Positions 16,147-24,802 of a DNA stretch of 40,892 nucleotides are shown here, piece after piece. A model generated the notes under the pieces. The model worked only from the letters and a program-made list of their open reading frames with translations, was not told the DNA's origin and searched no databases. The stretch lies in contig CAYJTC010000003.1 in assembly GCA_964372955.1 (NCBI GenBank), positions 1 through 40,892 on the forward strand, read 5' to 3'. How positions within the stretch are numbered: position 1 is the first letter of the stretch; each line of letters opens with the position of its first letter. Made by a program: the position numbers and the translations under genes. This stretch comes from an uncultured Planctomycetia bacterium. GTDB taxonomy: Bacteria; Omnitrophota; Gorgyraeia; 1-14-0-20-64-10.

Positions 16147-16282
16147 GGTGAAGGGTGGAAGGTGGAGGGGAAGAACGATTTTTTGGGGGGTTGCTTTATT
16201 GGTTTTCCCTCCACCCTTGACCCTTGACCCTTCACCCTTCACCCTTCACCCTTCACCCTTCACCCTCGACCCTTCACCTTCA
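16147..16282. repeat. Heptamer-array hairpin element H3
   Basis: Left arm: GGTGAAG GGTGGAA GGTGGAG (16147-16167). Core begins GAAGAACGA (16170-16178). Right arm: about 11 units of CCCT(C/T)(C/G/T)A, mainly CCCTTCA (16207-16282). Same heptamer as H1. Confidence 0.9.
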
Positions 16283-16336
16283 TGGGCGGCTCTTCAGGAG
16301 GATGAAGAGGAGCATTTCGAGCAGGAGCGCAACGAG

Positions 16337-16939
16337 ATGGTGGCCGAGCAGATCAAAGCCCGGGGCATCCGGGACCGGCGGGTGCTGGAAGCGATGCGGC
16401 TGGTCCCCCGGCACGCCTTCGTGCCGATGCGGGTCCGAAATATGGCCTACATGGACGGCCCTTTGCCGATCGGGGAAGGGCAGACGATCTCCCAGCCGTA
16501 CATGGTGGCCCTGATGACCGAGCTGGCCGAGCTTAAAGACGGGGACAAGGTGCTGGAGATCGGCACCGGCTCCGGCTACCAGGCGGCGATCCTGGCGGAG
16601 TTGACCGACCCGGTCTACACGATCGAGATCCTTCCCGGTCTGGCGGCCCGGGCCCGGGAGACGTTGAATCGTCTCGGCTACGAGGGGGTCCAGACCCGGG
16701 TGGGGGACGGCTACCTGGGATGGCCAGAGGCGGCTGCCTTCAACGCGATCCTGGTCACCGCCGCCCCAGACCATCTTCCGCAGCCGCTGGTGGACCAGCT
16801 AGCCGAGGGAGGAGTGCTGGTGATTCCGGTGGGGCCGGCCTGGGGCATTCAGGAGCTGAAGCGTTTCCGCAAGAGCAAGGGCAGGCTGGTGGAGGAAAAG
16901 GTGATCCCGGTCCGGTTCGTCCCCCTGGTTCGCGAATAG
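16337..16939 (+). CDS. pcm: Protein-L-isoaspartate O-methyltransferase
   Basis: RRVLEAMRLVPRHAFVP...GQTISQPYMVALMTE...VLEIGTGSGYQAAILA...PLVDQLAEGGVLVIPVG. Start moved to the ATG at 16337, because the 63 upstream codons of the track ORF translate the H3 repeat. Confidence 0.85.
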   Translation: MVAEQIKARGIRDRRVLEAMRLVPRHAFVPMRVRNMAYMDGPLPIGEGQTISQPYMVALMTELAELKDGDKVLEIGTGSGYQAAILAELTDPVYTIEILPGLAARARETLNRLGYEGVQTRVGDGYLGWPEAAAFNAILVTAAPDHLPQPLVDQLAEGGVLVIPVGPAWGIQELKRFRKSKGRLVEEKVIPVRFVPLVRE

Positions 16940-16993
16940 AGGGGTGCGGCGTTTTAGAGTAAAATAGAGTGGAAAGGAGAACCGTCTCTCGAG

Positions 16994-17320
16994 ATGGGAA
17001 ATCCGAACAAACCGCTGCGGGTCCGGGACCCGAGGATCGCGGCGGTGGTCAACCAGAATGGCTGCACCGGCTGCGAGGCCTGCATCACCGTCTGCCCGGT
17101 CGACTCCATCGAGCGGGTGCCGGGCCCCGAGCATTCGGGACTGCTCAAACTCGTGGAGATCGATCTGGACCGGTGCATCGGCTGCGGGCTGTGCCCCAAG
17201 ATCTGCCCCTGGGACACGATCACCATGGAGCCGTACCCGCAGGCGAAGGAGATCGCTCCGCTGGTGACGCTCCGGTCGATCGTGCCGGGCCATCGGGCTG
17301 CGGCCCCGGCCGAGGTTTGA
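16994..17320 (+). CDS. 2x[4Fe-4S] ferredoxin
   Basis: CTGCEACITVCP and CIGCGLCPKICP cluster motifs. SD GGAAAGGAG upstream. Confidence 0.8.
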   Translation: MGNPNKPLRVRDPRIAAVVNQNGCTGCEACITVCPVDSIERVPGPEHSGLLKLVEIDLDRCIGCGLCPKICPWDTITMEPYPQAKEIAPLVTLRSIVPGHRAAAPAEV

Positions 17321-17336
17321 TCCTTCCGCATCTGGC

Positions 17337-17807
17337 ATGGCTACCTACCTGACCCAAGCCGGTCTGGAGAAGCTTCAGGAGGAGCTCAAGCGGCTCAGAG
17401 AGCAGAAACGCAAGCTCTCCCAGGAGGTCGGCACGGCGCGCGAATGGGGAGACCTTCGGGAGAACTCCGAGTATCACGCCGCTAAGGAACGGCTCCAGCA
17501 GGTGCTCTCCAAAATCGGCGACCTGGAGTTCAAATTGGCCCATGTCCATCTCGTCGATCCCACCCAGCATGAAAAGGGGGTGGCCACGGTGGGGACCCAA
17601 GTGACCGTCAAGGATTTGACCGCCAACCAGCAGGAGGTTTACACGCTGGTTGGTTCGGACGAGTCAGATCCGGCCTCCGGAAAGATTTCGATCCAGTCCC
17701 CGTTGGGCAAGGCCTTCTTGGGCCGGAGGGTAAAGGAGAAGGTCACCGTGAATCTGCCGGCCGGCCCCTGTCCCTACCAGATCCTCTCCGTTGAACCGGC
17801 TCAATAG
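17337..17807 (+). CDS. greA: Transcription elongation factor GreA
   Basis: LTQAGLEKLQEELKRL...REWGDLRENSEYHAAKE... then the C-terminal FKBP-like ISIQSPLGKAFLGRRV. Confidence 0.9.
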   Translation: MATYLTQAGLEKLQEELKRLREQKRKLSQEVGTAREWGDLRENSEYHAAKERLQQVLSKIGDLEFKLAHVHLVDPTQHEKGVATVGTQVTVKDLTANQQEVYTLVGSDESDPASGKISIQSPLGKAFLGRRVKEKVTVNLPAGPCPYQILSVEPAQ

Positions 17808-17813
17808 CGTTCC

Positions 17814-18185
17814 ATGGACGGCTTGATCCTTCTGGTGGACGGCAACAACCTGTTCGGCGCTCTGATCCGGTCCGACCGAGAGGATCTGGCTCAAGAAGAG
17901 CAATTCCTCCAGCGTCTGGAGATGGCGGCGGTTTCAAAGGATTGGGAGGTGACCGTGGTTTTCGATGGGCCAGAGCGGTTTCTCCCCCGGGAGAGCGGTC
18001 CGCTGGTGGTCCGGTACGCGAAGGGGAGGACCGCCGACACGCTGATCGAGCAGGCAGTCTATCAGGCCACGGACCGGGCCCGGGTGGTCGTGGTCACGCA
18101 GGACCGGGCCGAGGCGAATCTGGCGCTGGGCCTCGGGGCCCGGGTTTGGAACCCGGATCGGCTGTTGGAGGAGCTGGAGCGGTAG
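17814..18185 (+). CDS. NYN/YacP-like predicted RNase domain protein
   Basis: LILLVDGNNLFGA...VTVVFDG...VVRYAKGRTADTLIE...VVVVTQDR matches the YacP-like NYN pattern. Confidence 0.65.
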   Translation: MDGLILLVDGNNLFGALIRSDREDLAQEEQFLQRLEMAAVSKDWEVTVVFDGPERFLPRESGPLVVRYAKGRTADTLIEQAVYQATDRARVVVVTQDRAEANLALGLGARVWNPDRLLEELER

Positions 18186-18195
18186 AATAGAGGCC

Positions 18196-18852
18196 ATGGC
18201 TCCAAGAAGGGGTGGGGTGAAATCAAAGGCGATCGAACGGATTGAAGAACGACAAAGCGTCTTGGAACCGGGCACCCTGCGGTACGAGACGCTGGAGGCG
18301 GCCAAACGGTTCAAGAACTCCTGGGTGGAGCTGGGCCGGATGCTCTGGGCTGTTTTCCGCCAGAAGCAGTTTCGGGAATGGGGATACCTGAGCTTCGAGG
18401 CCTACTGCTCGAAGGAGGTCGGGATCCGTTCGGCGACCGCCAAGAAGCTGTTGAATTCCTACGGTTTCCTGGAGCGGGAGGAACCGGCTATTCTGGAAAA
18501 AATCTCCCAAGAACTGCCTCCGCAGATCCCTTCTCCGGAAGCGGTCAACCTGCTGCGGCTCCTGAAGGCCAAGCCTTCCGTTTCTCAGGAGCGCTATCAG
18601 AAGGTCCGGTCCTACGCGCTGGAGCAAGGCAGGGAAATGTCCGATCTGCGCCAGGAGGTCCGGTCGGTCCTGGAATCGGCCCGGCCTGATTCGCCGGAGA
18701 GCCAGCAGGCCCGGCATCGGGCCCGGGTCCGGCGGATGATCGGCACCTTGAAGTTGCTGAAGGCCGAGTTGGATGAGTCCGGCGCTGTGCCCCGGCCGCT
18801 CCTGGCGCAGATCGGGTTACTGGCGAAGAAGCTCGAGGAGGTGGTGGGGTGA
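18196..18852 (+). CDS. Hypothetical protein (possible HTH segment EAYCSKEVGIRSATAKKLL)
   Basis: Clean 218-aa ORF with normal composition. I recognise no family. Confidence 0.5.
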   Translation: MAPRRGGVKSKAIERIEERQSVLEPGTLRYETLEAAKRFKNSWVELGRMLWAVFRQKQFREWGYLSFEAYCSKEVGIRSATAKKLLNSYGFLEREEPAILEKISQELPPQIPSPEAVNLLRLLKAKPSVSQERYQKVRSYALEQGREMSDLRQEVRSVLESARPDSPESQQARHRARVRRMIGTLKLLKAELDESGAVPRPLLAQIGLLAKKLEEVVG

Positions 18853-18983
18853 CCCCACCACCTCTGTTAGGCGACGTTCCGACGATTAAGAAGGTGCGCC
18901 GTCGCCTCGACGAGCGGTACGGAAGGGAAAGCTGGCGTGACCGCTCGTCGTTGCCGGTGGCAAAAACGGAGGTGGTGGGGTGA
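18838..18983 (+). promoter_or_regulatory. Structured leader with a duplicated SD-containing 16-mer and one anti-SD segment upstream of the thiolase gene
   Basis: GGAGGTGGTGGGGTGA occurs at 18837-18852 and at 18968-18983. CCCCACCACCTC (18853-18864) is perfectly complementary to both. Two further perfect stems are AGGCGACG/CGTCGCCT and CGACGAGCGGT/ACCGCTCGTCG. Confidence 0.6.
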
Positions 18984-20236
18984 GGCCGGTTGGCTTAAAG
19001 CGGGGATACCGGACTCCTTTTGTCAAGATGGGCCGGGAGTTCGCCGCCTTGAACGCGGTGGATCTGTCGGTCCGATTGATCGATGGGATGCTGGAGAAGA
19101 GGGATCTGCCTCAGGAGACGATCCAGCACCTCATCTGGGGGATGGTGGTCCCGGACCCGAACCTCTATTCGATTGCGCGGGAGGCGGTGCTGGGCTCCCG
19201 GCTGGATAACCGGGTGGAGGCCTACAGTCTTTCCCGGGCCTGCGCTACTTCCCTGCAGGCGGCGGCCAACGCCGCCTCCTACTATCAGGCTTTTCCCGAC
19301 GAGCCCTCCGTGACGCTGGTCGGCGGGGCCGAATCCTTCTCCGCCGCCCGCCCCGTCGTGACCGACGCGGCCTCCCGGTTCTTCAAGGCCTGGGCGAGCA
19401 AGGCCTCGATGGGGCAGAAGCTCAAACTCCTCCTGCGGACACCGCCGGCCTCTTTTTTCCCGGTGCCTCCCTCCGCCAAGGAATACTCCACCGGTTTGAC
19501 CATGGGCCAGCACTGCGAGCAGATGGTCAAGGAGTTCAAGATTTCCAGACAGCGCCAGGACCGGTTCGCCCTCGAGTCCCATCGGAAAGCGGCGCAGGCC
19601 CGTCCGAAGATTTTCCCTCAGATGATCCCGGTGGCCGGGGTGGCGCGGGACACCCTGATCCGGGAGGAGACCTCGCTGGAGGCGCTGGCAGGGTTGGCCC
19701 CCGCCTTCGACCGGTCCGGGGCCGGCACGATCACCGCCGGCAACGCCAGCCCCTTCACCGACGGGGCGGCGGCCCTTCACGTGATTTCCCCAGCGCTGGA
19801 ATCCCGCGTTCAACCGGACGCCGCCCTGCTGGACTTCGAGTTCGTCGGGGTCGAGCCCAGGGACGGCCTGCTGATGGGGCCCGGCAAGGCGATGCTCAGG
19901 ATCCTTCAGCGCCAGCGCCTGCGCTGGAGCGACCTGGATTACATCGAGATGCACGAGGCATTCGCCGGCCAGATCCTGTGCAACGTGGAGGCGGTGAGCA
20001 ACCCCGATTACCGGGCCCGAAAATATGGGGTCTCTTATGACGCCGGCCCGCTGGATGAAAACTGCCTGAATCCCTGGGGCTCCTCAATCGCTTATGGGCA
20101 CCCCTTCGGCGCCACCGGCGCCCGGATGCTCAACCAGGCGATCGCCTATCTGAAGGAAACTCAAGGCCGGCGGGCCTTGATCGGCATCTGCACCGCCGGA
20201 GGCTTGGCCGGCTCCGCCCTCCTTGAACGCCGGTAG
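18980..20236 (+). CDS. Thiolase (acetyl-CoA C-acyl/acetyltransferase family)
   Basis: GTG start. SRACATSLQA active-site Cys, EMHEAFAGQ, and GHPFGATGARM near the C-terminus. Confidence 0.85.
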   Translation: MRPVGLKRGYRTPFVKMGREFAALNAVDLSVRLIDGMLEKRDLPQETIQHLIWGMVVPDPNLYSIAREAVLGSRLDNRVEAYSLSRACATSLQAAANAASYYQAFPDEPSVTLVGGAESFSAARPVVTDAASRFFKAWASKASMGQKLKLLLRTPPASFFPVPPSAKEYSTGLTMGQHCEQMVKEFKISRQRQDRFALESHRKAAQARPKIFPQMIPVAGVARDTLIREETSLEALAGLAPAFDRSGAGTITAGNASPFTDGAAALHVISPALESRVQPDAALLDFEFVGVEPRDGLLMGPGKAMLRILQRQRLRWSDLDYIEMHEAFAGQILCNVEAVSNPDYRARKYGVSYDAGPLDENCLNPWGSSIAYGHPFGATGARMLNQAIAYLKETQGRRALIGICTAGGLAGSALLERR

Positions 20237-20564
20237 GCTCCGGTTCCTCTGGCTCTGGGGCCCGGCGGTCGCGTACACCGCTTTCATCTTTTGGATCTCC
20301 TCCGCGCCCCGGCCGGTGCCCGGGATTCAGCTTTTTCCCTGGATCGACAAACTGTATCACGTGGTGGAGTACGGCCCTTTGGGAGCGTTGTGGACCCGGG
20401 CCTTTCGCCGAAGCCGACCGGCTCTAGGGATTTCCATCGGGATCGGGGGACTGGATGAGCTGTACCAGCGGTTCATCCCGCCCCGAATCACGAGTGGCTG
20501 GGATCTGTTGTTCGATGGGATCGGAGCGGCGGTGGGGATCTGGCTCTACCGCCGGAGGATCTAG
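20223..20564 (+). CDS. VanZ-family membrane protein
   Basis: DKLYHVVEYGPLG...DELYQRFIPPR...DLLFDGIGAAVG. TTG start is uncertain. Confidence 0.65.
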   Translation: MNAGRLRFLWLWGPAVAYTAFIFWISSAPRPVPGIQLFPWIDKLYHVVEYGPLGALWTRAFRRSRPALGISIGIGGLDELYQRFIPPRITSGWDLLFDGIGAAVGIWLYRRRI

Positions 20565-20573
20565 GCCGCGAAT

Positions 20574-21737
20574 ATGTTTGCCGATCGAACCCGGTGGGAG
20601 CTGACCCCCAATCGCCTGACGAAAGCGCTGGAAGAACTGCGGGGGCAGGGAACCCCGGTTCTGGATTTGACAGAGTCAAACCCCACCCATTGCGGGTTCC
20701 GTTATCCCGCGGAGCTGGTGTCCGCCCTGGCCGATCCCGACTCTCTGCTGTACGAACCTTCTGCCCAGGGAGATCTCTCGGCTCGCCGGGCGCTGGAGGC
20801 CCTTTACGCTTCCAAAGGGGTTTCCGTCGATCCGGGGGAAATCTTCCTGACCGCCTCCACGAGCGAGGCCTACAGCTTCCTGTTTAAACTCCTGTGCAAT
20901 CCCGGAGACGCGGTGTTGGTTCCCAAACCCAGCTACCCCCTGTTTGAATACCTGGCCGGTTTGGAGGGGGTGGAGCCGGCCGCGTATCCTCTGGTTTACG
21001 ATTCCCGGTGGCGGATTGATACGGAGGCCCTGTTGGCTCAGGTGACCGACAGAACCCGGGCGATCGCGCTGGTCCATCCCAACAACCCCACCGGTTCCTG
21101 TGTGACAAAACCGGAGCTCCAGGAGATCCGGACCCTCTGCCAGCGGCGGGGGCTGGCCCTGATCGCCGACGAGGTGTTCGCCGAGTACCTGTTCGAGGAG
21201 GATCCGCAGATTCCCTCCACCCTCGTCGGACCCGGAGGGGTCCTCGTTTTCGGGCTGGGCGGCCTGTCCAAATTCATGGGGCTGCCTCAGATGAAGCTGG
21301 GGTGGATCTCCGTTTCGGGTCCGAAGGAGCAAGTGGATCCGGCCTTGGAACGGCTGGAGATGATCGCCGACACCTATCTTTCGGTCAACACGCCGGTCCA
21401 ACGGGCCCTGCCGGGATGGCTTTCCCGCGCGGCCGGAATCCAGCGGCAGATCCGGGACCGGATTGCCGGCAATCGGTCTTTCCTGGTCCGCTCAGCGGCC
21501 CAAACAGGGGGAACCGCCACCTGCCTGGCGGCCGACGGAGGATGGAACGCCGTCTTGAAGATGCCCGCGGTTCGTGACGAAGAGGCGTGGGTCATGAACC
21601 GGCTGAGAATCGGACGGGTGCTGGTTTATCCGGGCTACTTCTTCGATTTCCAAGAGACCGGGCATGCCGTGGTGAGCCTGCTGGTTCCGGCTCCTATTTT
21701 CCAGGAGGGAGTCCGCCGCCTGCTGGAGGTGGTATAA
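20574..21737 (+). CDS. PLP-dependent aminotransferase, class I/II
   Basis: HPNNPTG...ADEVFAEY...GGLSKFMGLPQMKLGW (the Lys is in the SK motif). Confidence 0.85.
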   Translation: MFADRTRWELTPNRLTKALEELRGQGTPVLDLTESNPTHCGFRYPAELVSALADPDSLLYEPSAQGDLSARRALEALYASKGVSVDPGEIFLTASTSEAYSFLFKLLCNPGDAVLVPKPSYPLFEYLAGLEGVEPAAYPLVYDSRWRIDTEALLAQVTDRTRAIALVHPNNPTGSCVTKPELQEIRTLCQRRGLALIADEVFAEYLFEEDPQIPSTLVGPGGVLVFGLGGLSKFMGLPQMKLGWISVSGPKEQVDPALERLEMIADTYLSVNTPVQRALPGWLSRAAGIQRQIRDRIAGNRSFLVRSAAQTGGTATCLAADGGWNAVLKMPAVRDEEAWVMNRLRIGRVLVYPGYFFDFQETGHAVVSLLVPAPIFQEGVRRLLEVV

Positions 21738-21856
21738 CACGAGTCATGCAAAACCGTTCGTGCTGATCCTGAGCAAAGTCGAAGGGTCGAAGCACGAACA
21801 TCGCCGTTCACCCTTCGACAAGCTCAGGGTGAACGGGTCAGTTTGCATGAGTCGTG
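21738..21856 (+). mobile_element. MITE copy A (119 bp)
   Basis: TIRs are CACGAGTCATGCAA...TTGCATGAGTCGTG. Flanking direct repeat GTATAA at 21732-21737 and 21857-21862. The left copy contains the aminotransferase stop codon. Confidence 0.85.
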
Positions 21857-21870
21857 GTATAATTAAAGTG

Positions 21871-22692
21871 ATGGGACAGGGGATTCTTTTTACTTGCTTA
21901 ACCCTCTGTTTAGGGACGCTGCCCGTCGCTGACAGCTTGGCTTTCCAGCAGGCTTCCGAAAAGCGTTGGCCCCACAGCCGGGAGAAAGGCTCTTATCAGG
22001 CCCGCGTGGCAGGCACGGATAATGTTCTCTGGAACGTTTCTTGGGAGACCCAGGTGACCGAGCAGGATGGAAAAACCTGGGTCCGGATCCAGGAGCAGGG
22101 CAAGGGGACGCCTTGGAGATATAAAGAGCCGATCCGCTGGGAAAAGCAGATGCTTTTCTCCAGCGAGCCGCTTCTCCGGATCCAATCGGTCAGCGGCTGC
22201 CGCTGGACCGCGGCTGGGAAGATATACAGTGACATGGAGCTTCGCCTGGAGCCCGCCGGAGACCGGCTGTTTTATCGGGACGCGGAAGCCGGCCAAAATC
22301 CCCAGACTCGCAGTCTGCCTTGGACCTCCCAGACCCTTCCGGATGAACTTCTTTTCCATTGGGCCCGAGCCCTGCCTTTCAATCAGCCGGATTCTTCCGG
22401 CAAGAGGGAAGAGGATCTGCTGCTGTTGGTTTCTCCGAGCCGTCTGTTCCGGGTGAGGGCCCGGGTGGGCGGGACCGAGCAGGTCACTACACCGGCGGGC
22501 ACCTTTTCCTGCTACCGGGTGGATCTGGCGCCTAAGCTGTTCGGTCCGCTGAAGATCCTAGCGCCTAAGATGGCTCTTTGGTGCGCAGCCAAATCGCCCC
22601 ATTATTGGGTCAAATACCAGGGTCCGATCGGAGGCCCTGGGTCCCCGACTGCGGTGATTGAGCTGGTGGAGTTTAAAGAGGAAGAGCGGTAG
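21871..22692 (+). CDS. Hypothetical exported protein (possibly DUF3108-like)
   Basis: Start chosen at the ATG at 21871 (MGQGILFTCLTLCLGTLPVADS, signal peptide). Upstream codons of the track ORF are MITE sequence. Family assignment is weak. Confidence 0.55.
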   Translation: MGQGILFTCLTLCLGTLPVADSLAFQQASEKRWPHSREKGSYQARVAGTDNVLWNVSWETQVTEQDGKTWVRIQEQGKGTPWRYKEPIRWEKQMLFSSEPLLRIQSVSGCRWTAAGKIYSDMELRLEPAGDRLFYRDAEAGQNPQTRSLPWTSQTLPDELLFHWARALPFNQPDSSGKREEDLLLLVSPSRLFRVRARVGGTEQVTTPAGTFSCYRVDLAPKLFGPLKILAPKMALWCAAKSPHYWVKYQGPIGGPGSPTAVIELVEFKEEER

Positions 22693-22699
22693 GGGCGGG

Positions 22700-22840
22700 G
22701 TGAAGGTCGCCTGCGACTTGTGCCGGCAGGTGGTGGAGGATTCGCTCCTGCAGATCCTTGAGCAAGGCGGCGAGATCCTCTACGTTTGTCCTGAATGCTA
22801 CGCCAGAACCCAGGAAGATTCCCCCGACAAACAGGCTTGA
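22700..22840 (+). CDS. Possible small zinc-ribbon protein (46 aa, CxxC...CxxC)
   Basis: GTG at 22700 preceded by [15 protein letters not shown]...[11 protein letters not shown]. Short, with no recognised homology. Confidence 0.3.
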   Translation: MKVACDLCRQVVEDSLLQILEQGGEILYVCPECYARTQEDSPDKQA

Positions 22841-22865
22841 CAGCCCCTTGCGAGTGTGCGATACT
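22837..22865 (+). promoter_or_regulatory. Sigma70-type promoter of cspA (TTGACA-17 nt-GATACT) with a ~155-nt 5' UTR
   Basis: TTGACA at 22837-22842 and GATACT at 22860-22865. A long structured leader before the csp gene is typical of cold-shock genes. Confidence 0.65.
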
Positions 22866-23024
22866 TCCTGCCGGAGTGAGTTATCTTCAGACGTACCCGA
22901 GGGACTAGGAAACAAAGCAACGACTAGGACGACCGTCGGTGTGACTCCAACTGGCGGTCGTTGTTGTTTGCTTCGACCACGGTGTGACGATCGAAGAAAC
23001 AAACTAAGGAGGTTTCAAGTTAGG

Positions 23025-23237
23025 ATGCCAAAAGGAACAGTGAAGTGGTTCAGCGATCAGAAAGGCTACGGGTTCATCACCCCGGAGAATGGTAAGGACG
23101 TGTTCGTCCATTACAGCGCGATCCTTGGAGATGGTTTCAAGACCCTTCGCGAAGGCGAGGCGGTCGAGTTCGAGATCACCCGTGGTCCCAAGGGGGAGCA
23201 GGCGGCCAACGTCAAGCGGTTGTCCCCAGCAGCATAA
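23025..23237 (+). CDS. cspA: Cold-shock protein (CSD, 70 aa)
   Basis: [33 protein letters not shown] with RNP1/RNP2 motifs. AAGGAGG upstream. Confidence 0.95.
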   Translation: MPKGTVKWFSDQKGYGFITPENGKDVFVHYSAILGDGFKTLREGEAVEFEITRGPKGEQAANVKRLSPAA

Positions 23238-23265
23238 AAGCCGAATCTGATTAGGCCTGAACCGC

Positions 23266-23325
23266 GGCCCCCCGCGATTTGTTTCGCTTCGCGAACCAAA
23301 TCGAAACTTGGGGGGCCGTTGATTT
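23266..23325 (+). terminator. Long stem-loop terminator after cspA
   Basis: GGCCCCCC (23266-23273) pairs with GGGGGGCC (23310-23317). Inner stems CGATTTG/CAAATCG and TTCGC/GCGAA. Followed by TTGATTTT. Confidence 0.6.
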
Positions 23326-23347
23326 TCAGACGGGAAGATGGTAAGAT
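23319..23347 (+). promoter_or_regulatory. Sigma70-like promoter TTGATT-17 nt-TAAGAT
   Basis: TTGATT at 23319-23324 and TAAGAT at 23342-23347, directly after the cspA terminator. Confidence 0.45.
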
Positions 23348-23369
23348 AGAGTTGTTTAGGGGGAATTTG

Positions 23370-23513
23370 ATGTCAAGAGCGCATTCCAAAAGCAAGCCCA
23401 TGTTCTATCGGCCCGCGCGCAGCGGGGGGTGGACCCGGTCCGTCATGGCCCTTTGCATTTGCCATGCCACCGGCCGGTCATGGGCTGAAAGCAAGGAGGA
23501 GTGCGGCGTTTAG
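23370..23513 (+). CDS. Candidate micro-protein (47 aa, basic, CICH motif)
   Basis: SD AGGGGG 6 nt upstream of the ATG at 23370. MSRAHSKSKPMFYRPARSGGWTRSVMALCICHATGRSWAESKEECGV. It has its own promoter and its own terminator. It could instead be a ~225-nt sRNA. Confidence 0.4.
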   Translation: MSRAHSKSKPMFYRPARSGGWTRSVMALCICHATGRSWAESKEECGV

Positions 23514-23545
23514 CGTTTAAGACCCAGTAAGATTCAGACGTTCGA

Positions 23546-23578
23546 GCCCATGATCGGCAAAACCGACATGGGCTTTTT
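23546..23578 (+). terminator. Rho-independent terminator
   Basis: GCCCATG-a-TCGG-caaaa-CCGA-CATGGGC followed by TTTTT. Confidence 0.7.
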
Positions 23579-23668
23579 GTTGCACAGAGGGCGCAGAAGG
23601 GAAAAGAGAGCACACAGCATGGGCTTTTTTGTTGCACAGAGGGCACGGAAGGGAAAGAGAGCACACAG
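23567..23668 (+). repeat. Tandem direct repeat, 2 x 51 bp
   Basis: Unit 1 (23567-23617) and unit 2 (23618-23668) differ at only a few positions (T5 vs T6; GCGCAGAAGGGAAAAG vs GCACGGAAGGGAAAG). Unit 1 begins with the descending arm of the terminator. Confidence 0.9.
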
Positions 23669-23683
23669 AGAAGGAGGGGAACG

Positions 23684-23902
23684 ATGACACCTGTTCAAGC
23701 CAATGCGAGGCACCCCACCTTGACCTTACTCAGGGTGAAGCGGGATCCGGTGAAGCTGACGGCACTGCTCTACCTGCGGGAAGCGCTCCAGCGCCAGCGG
23801 TACGAGCTCTGCCCCGAATTGATCGGGGTGGCCAAAGAGTTCGGAGCGCAGGAGCGGGAGATTGAAGAACTGCTGGAAGATGCCCGACGTCTGCCCCGTT
23901 AA
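23684..23902 (+). CDS. Hypothetical 72-aa protein
   Basis: Strong SD GAAGGAGGGG 5 nt upstream. Helical, charged sequence. No family recognised. Confidence 0.5.
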   Translation: MTPVQANARHPTLTLLRVKRDPVKLTALLYLREALQRQRYELCPELIGVAKEFGAQEREIEELLEDARRLPR

Positions 23903-23935
23903 GCAGCCTGATGAAAAAGGCTAGGAAAGGTGCTC

Positions 23936-24802
23936 TTACGCGGCGACCGCTTCGGCCGGTGCGGGGGAGAGCTTCTGCTGCATCCGTTGAGGACTGGGCA
24001 GCTGGATCTTGGAAACCAGGCCCACCGCGGCCAGGATTCGGATCGTCAAGTAGGTCAGATCCATCTCCCACCATTTCAGGCCATGGGCGGCGGACCGAAG
24101 GAAAGCGTGATGGTTATTGTGCCAGCCCTCTCCGTAGCTAAGCAGGGCCACCCACCAGTTGTTGGTGGAGCGGTCTGCGTTCGCCCAGGTCCGATAGCCC
24201 CAGGTGTGGGCGGCGGAATTGACCAGCCACGTGCAGTGCCACATGAAGACGGTCCGCAGGAAGATGCCCCAGAAGACAAAGGGCCAGCCGCCCCAGAGAT
24301 AGAGAAGGATTCCCAGAAGGATCTGATAGAGACCGTGTGTGGCGTTCAGGAACCGATAGACGGGGTCCCGGGCCAGATCCGGAGCGTAGGCCCGGTATCG
24401 ATCGAAGAGGTCCAGCTCATCGTTGAAAGTGAAAAGCCAGCCCATGTGGGCCCACCAGAACCCTTTCGTGGGGCTGTGAGGATCATTGGGCTGGTCCGAT
24501 CGGGCGTGGTGAAGCCGGTGAATCGCCACCCATTTGATCGGACCGTTCTGGTACGCCAGGCAGCCGCAGAGAGCCAGGAAATACTCCAGCGGCTTCCAGA
24601 GCTGAAACGAGCGGTGGGTCAACAGCCGGTGGTAGCAAAGGCAGATCCCCAGCCCCCCCGTCAGCCACTGGAGTCCGAAGAAAACCCAGAAGGCGCTCCA
24701 ACTGAAGGTAAAGATTGCCCCTAGGGCGGCCAAATGGATCAGGGTGAAGCCCACGACACTATTCCATTTGATCTGCACTTTGTCCAAAACGGCGGCGTCC
24801 AT
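23936..24802 (-). CDS. Acyl-CoA/acyl-lipid delta-9-type fatty acid desaturase
   Basis: Three His boxes: HRLLTHRSF, HRLHHARSD, HNNHHAF. ATG at 24802 with GGTGGA upstream; the track start at 24826 is a TTG. Confidence 0.85.
   Translation of the reverse strand: MDAAVLDKVQIKWNSVVGFTLIHLAALGAIFTFSWSAFWVFFGLQWLTGGLGICLCYHRLLTHRSFQLWKPLEYFLALCGCLAYQNGPIKWVAIHRLHHARSDQPNDPHSPTKGFWWAHMGWLFTFNDELDLFDRYRAYAPDLARDPVYRFLNATHGLYQILLGILLYLWGGWPFVFWGIFLRTVFMWHCTWLVNSAAHTWGYRTWANADRSTNNWWVALLSYGEGWHNNHHAFLRSAAHGLKWWEMDLTYLTIRILAAVGLVSKIQLPSPQRMQQKLSPAPAEAVAA

Noticed and set aside
16207-16282. Possible CRISPR-like or telomere-like nature of the CCCTTCA arrays and the 2 x 51-bp repeat.
   Set aside because: The units are contiguous with no unique spacers and are far shorter than CRISPR repeats. 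No cas genes are present. The arrays are internal to a chromosome segment between ordinary genes, and the unit sequence differs at every locus.
16148-16336. N-terminal 63 codons of track ORF 16148..16939 (…PPPLTLDPSPFTLHPSPFTLDPSP…), and the mirrored ORFs 15987..16235 and 16224..16514.
   Set aside because: These are translations of the H3 heptamer array, and period 7 shifts the frame at every unit. The Pcm homology begins only at the ATG at 16337.
21760-21800. Hammerhead-like CTGAT…GAA…GAA string inside the MITE.
   Set aside because: The CUGAUGA core is interrupted (CUGAUCCUGAG). No three-stem junction with a cleavable UH site can be drawn. The region folds as a plain nested hairpin.
21760-21870. 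Upstream extension of ORF 21760..22692 (MLILSKVEGSKHEHRRSPFDKLRVNG…), and ORF 31445..31870 on the minus strand.
   Set aside because: Both simply read through MITE copies. The same peptide strings recur wherever the element is inserted. The signal-peptide start at 21871 fits the pre-insertion gene spacing.
23531-23560. GTTCGAGCCC, a tRNA T-loop-like motif.
   Set aside because: There is no complementary T-stem, no acceptor stem and no anticodon arm around it. It is part of the terminator region of the micro-gene.
23903-23935. Possible bidirectional terminator between the convergent 72-aa ORF and the desaturase.
   Set aside because: Only a 5-bp AGCCT/AGGCT stem with no U-tract, which is too weak to call.
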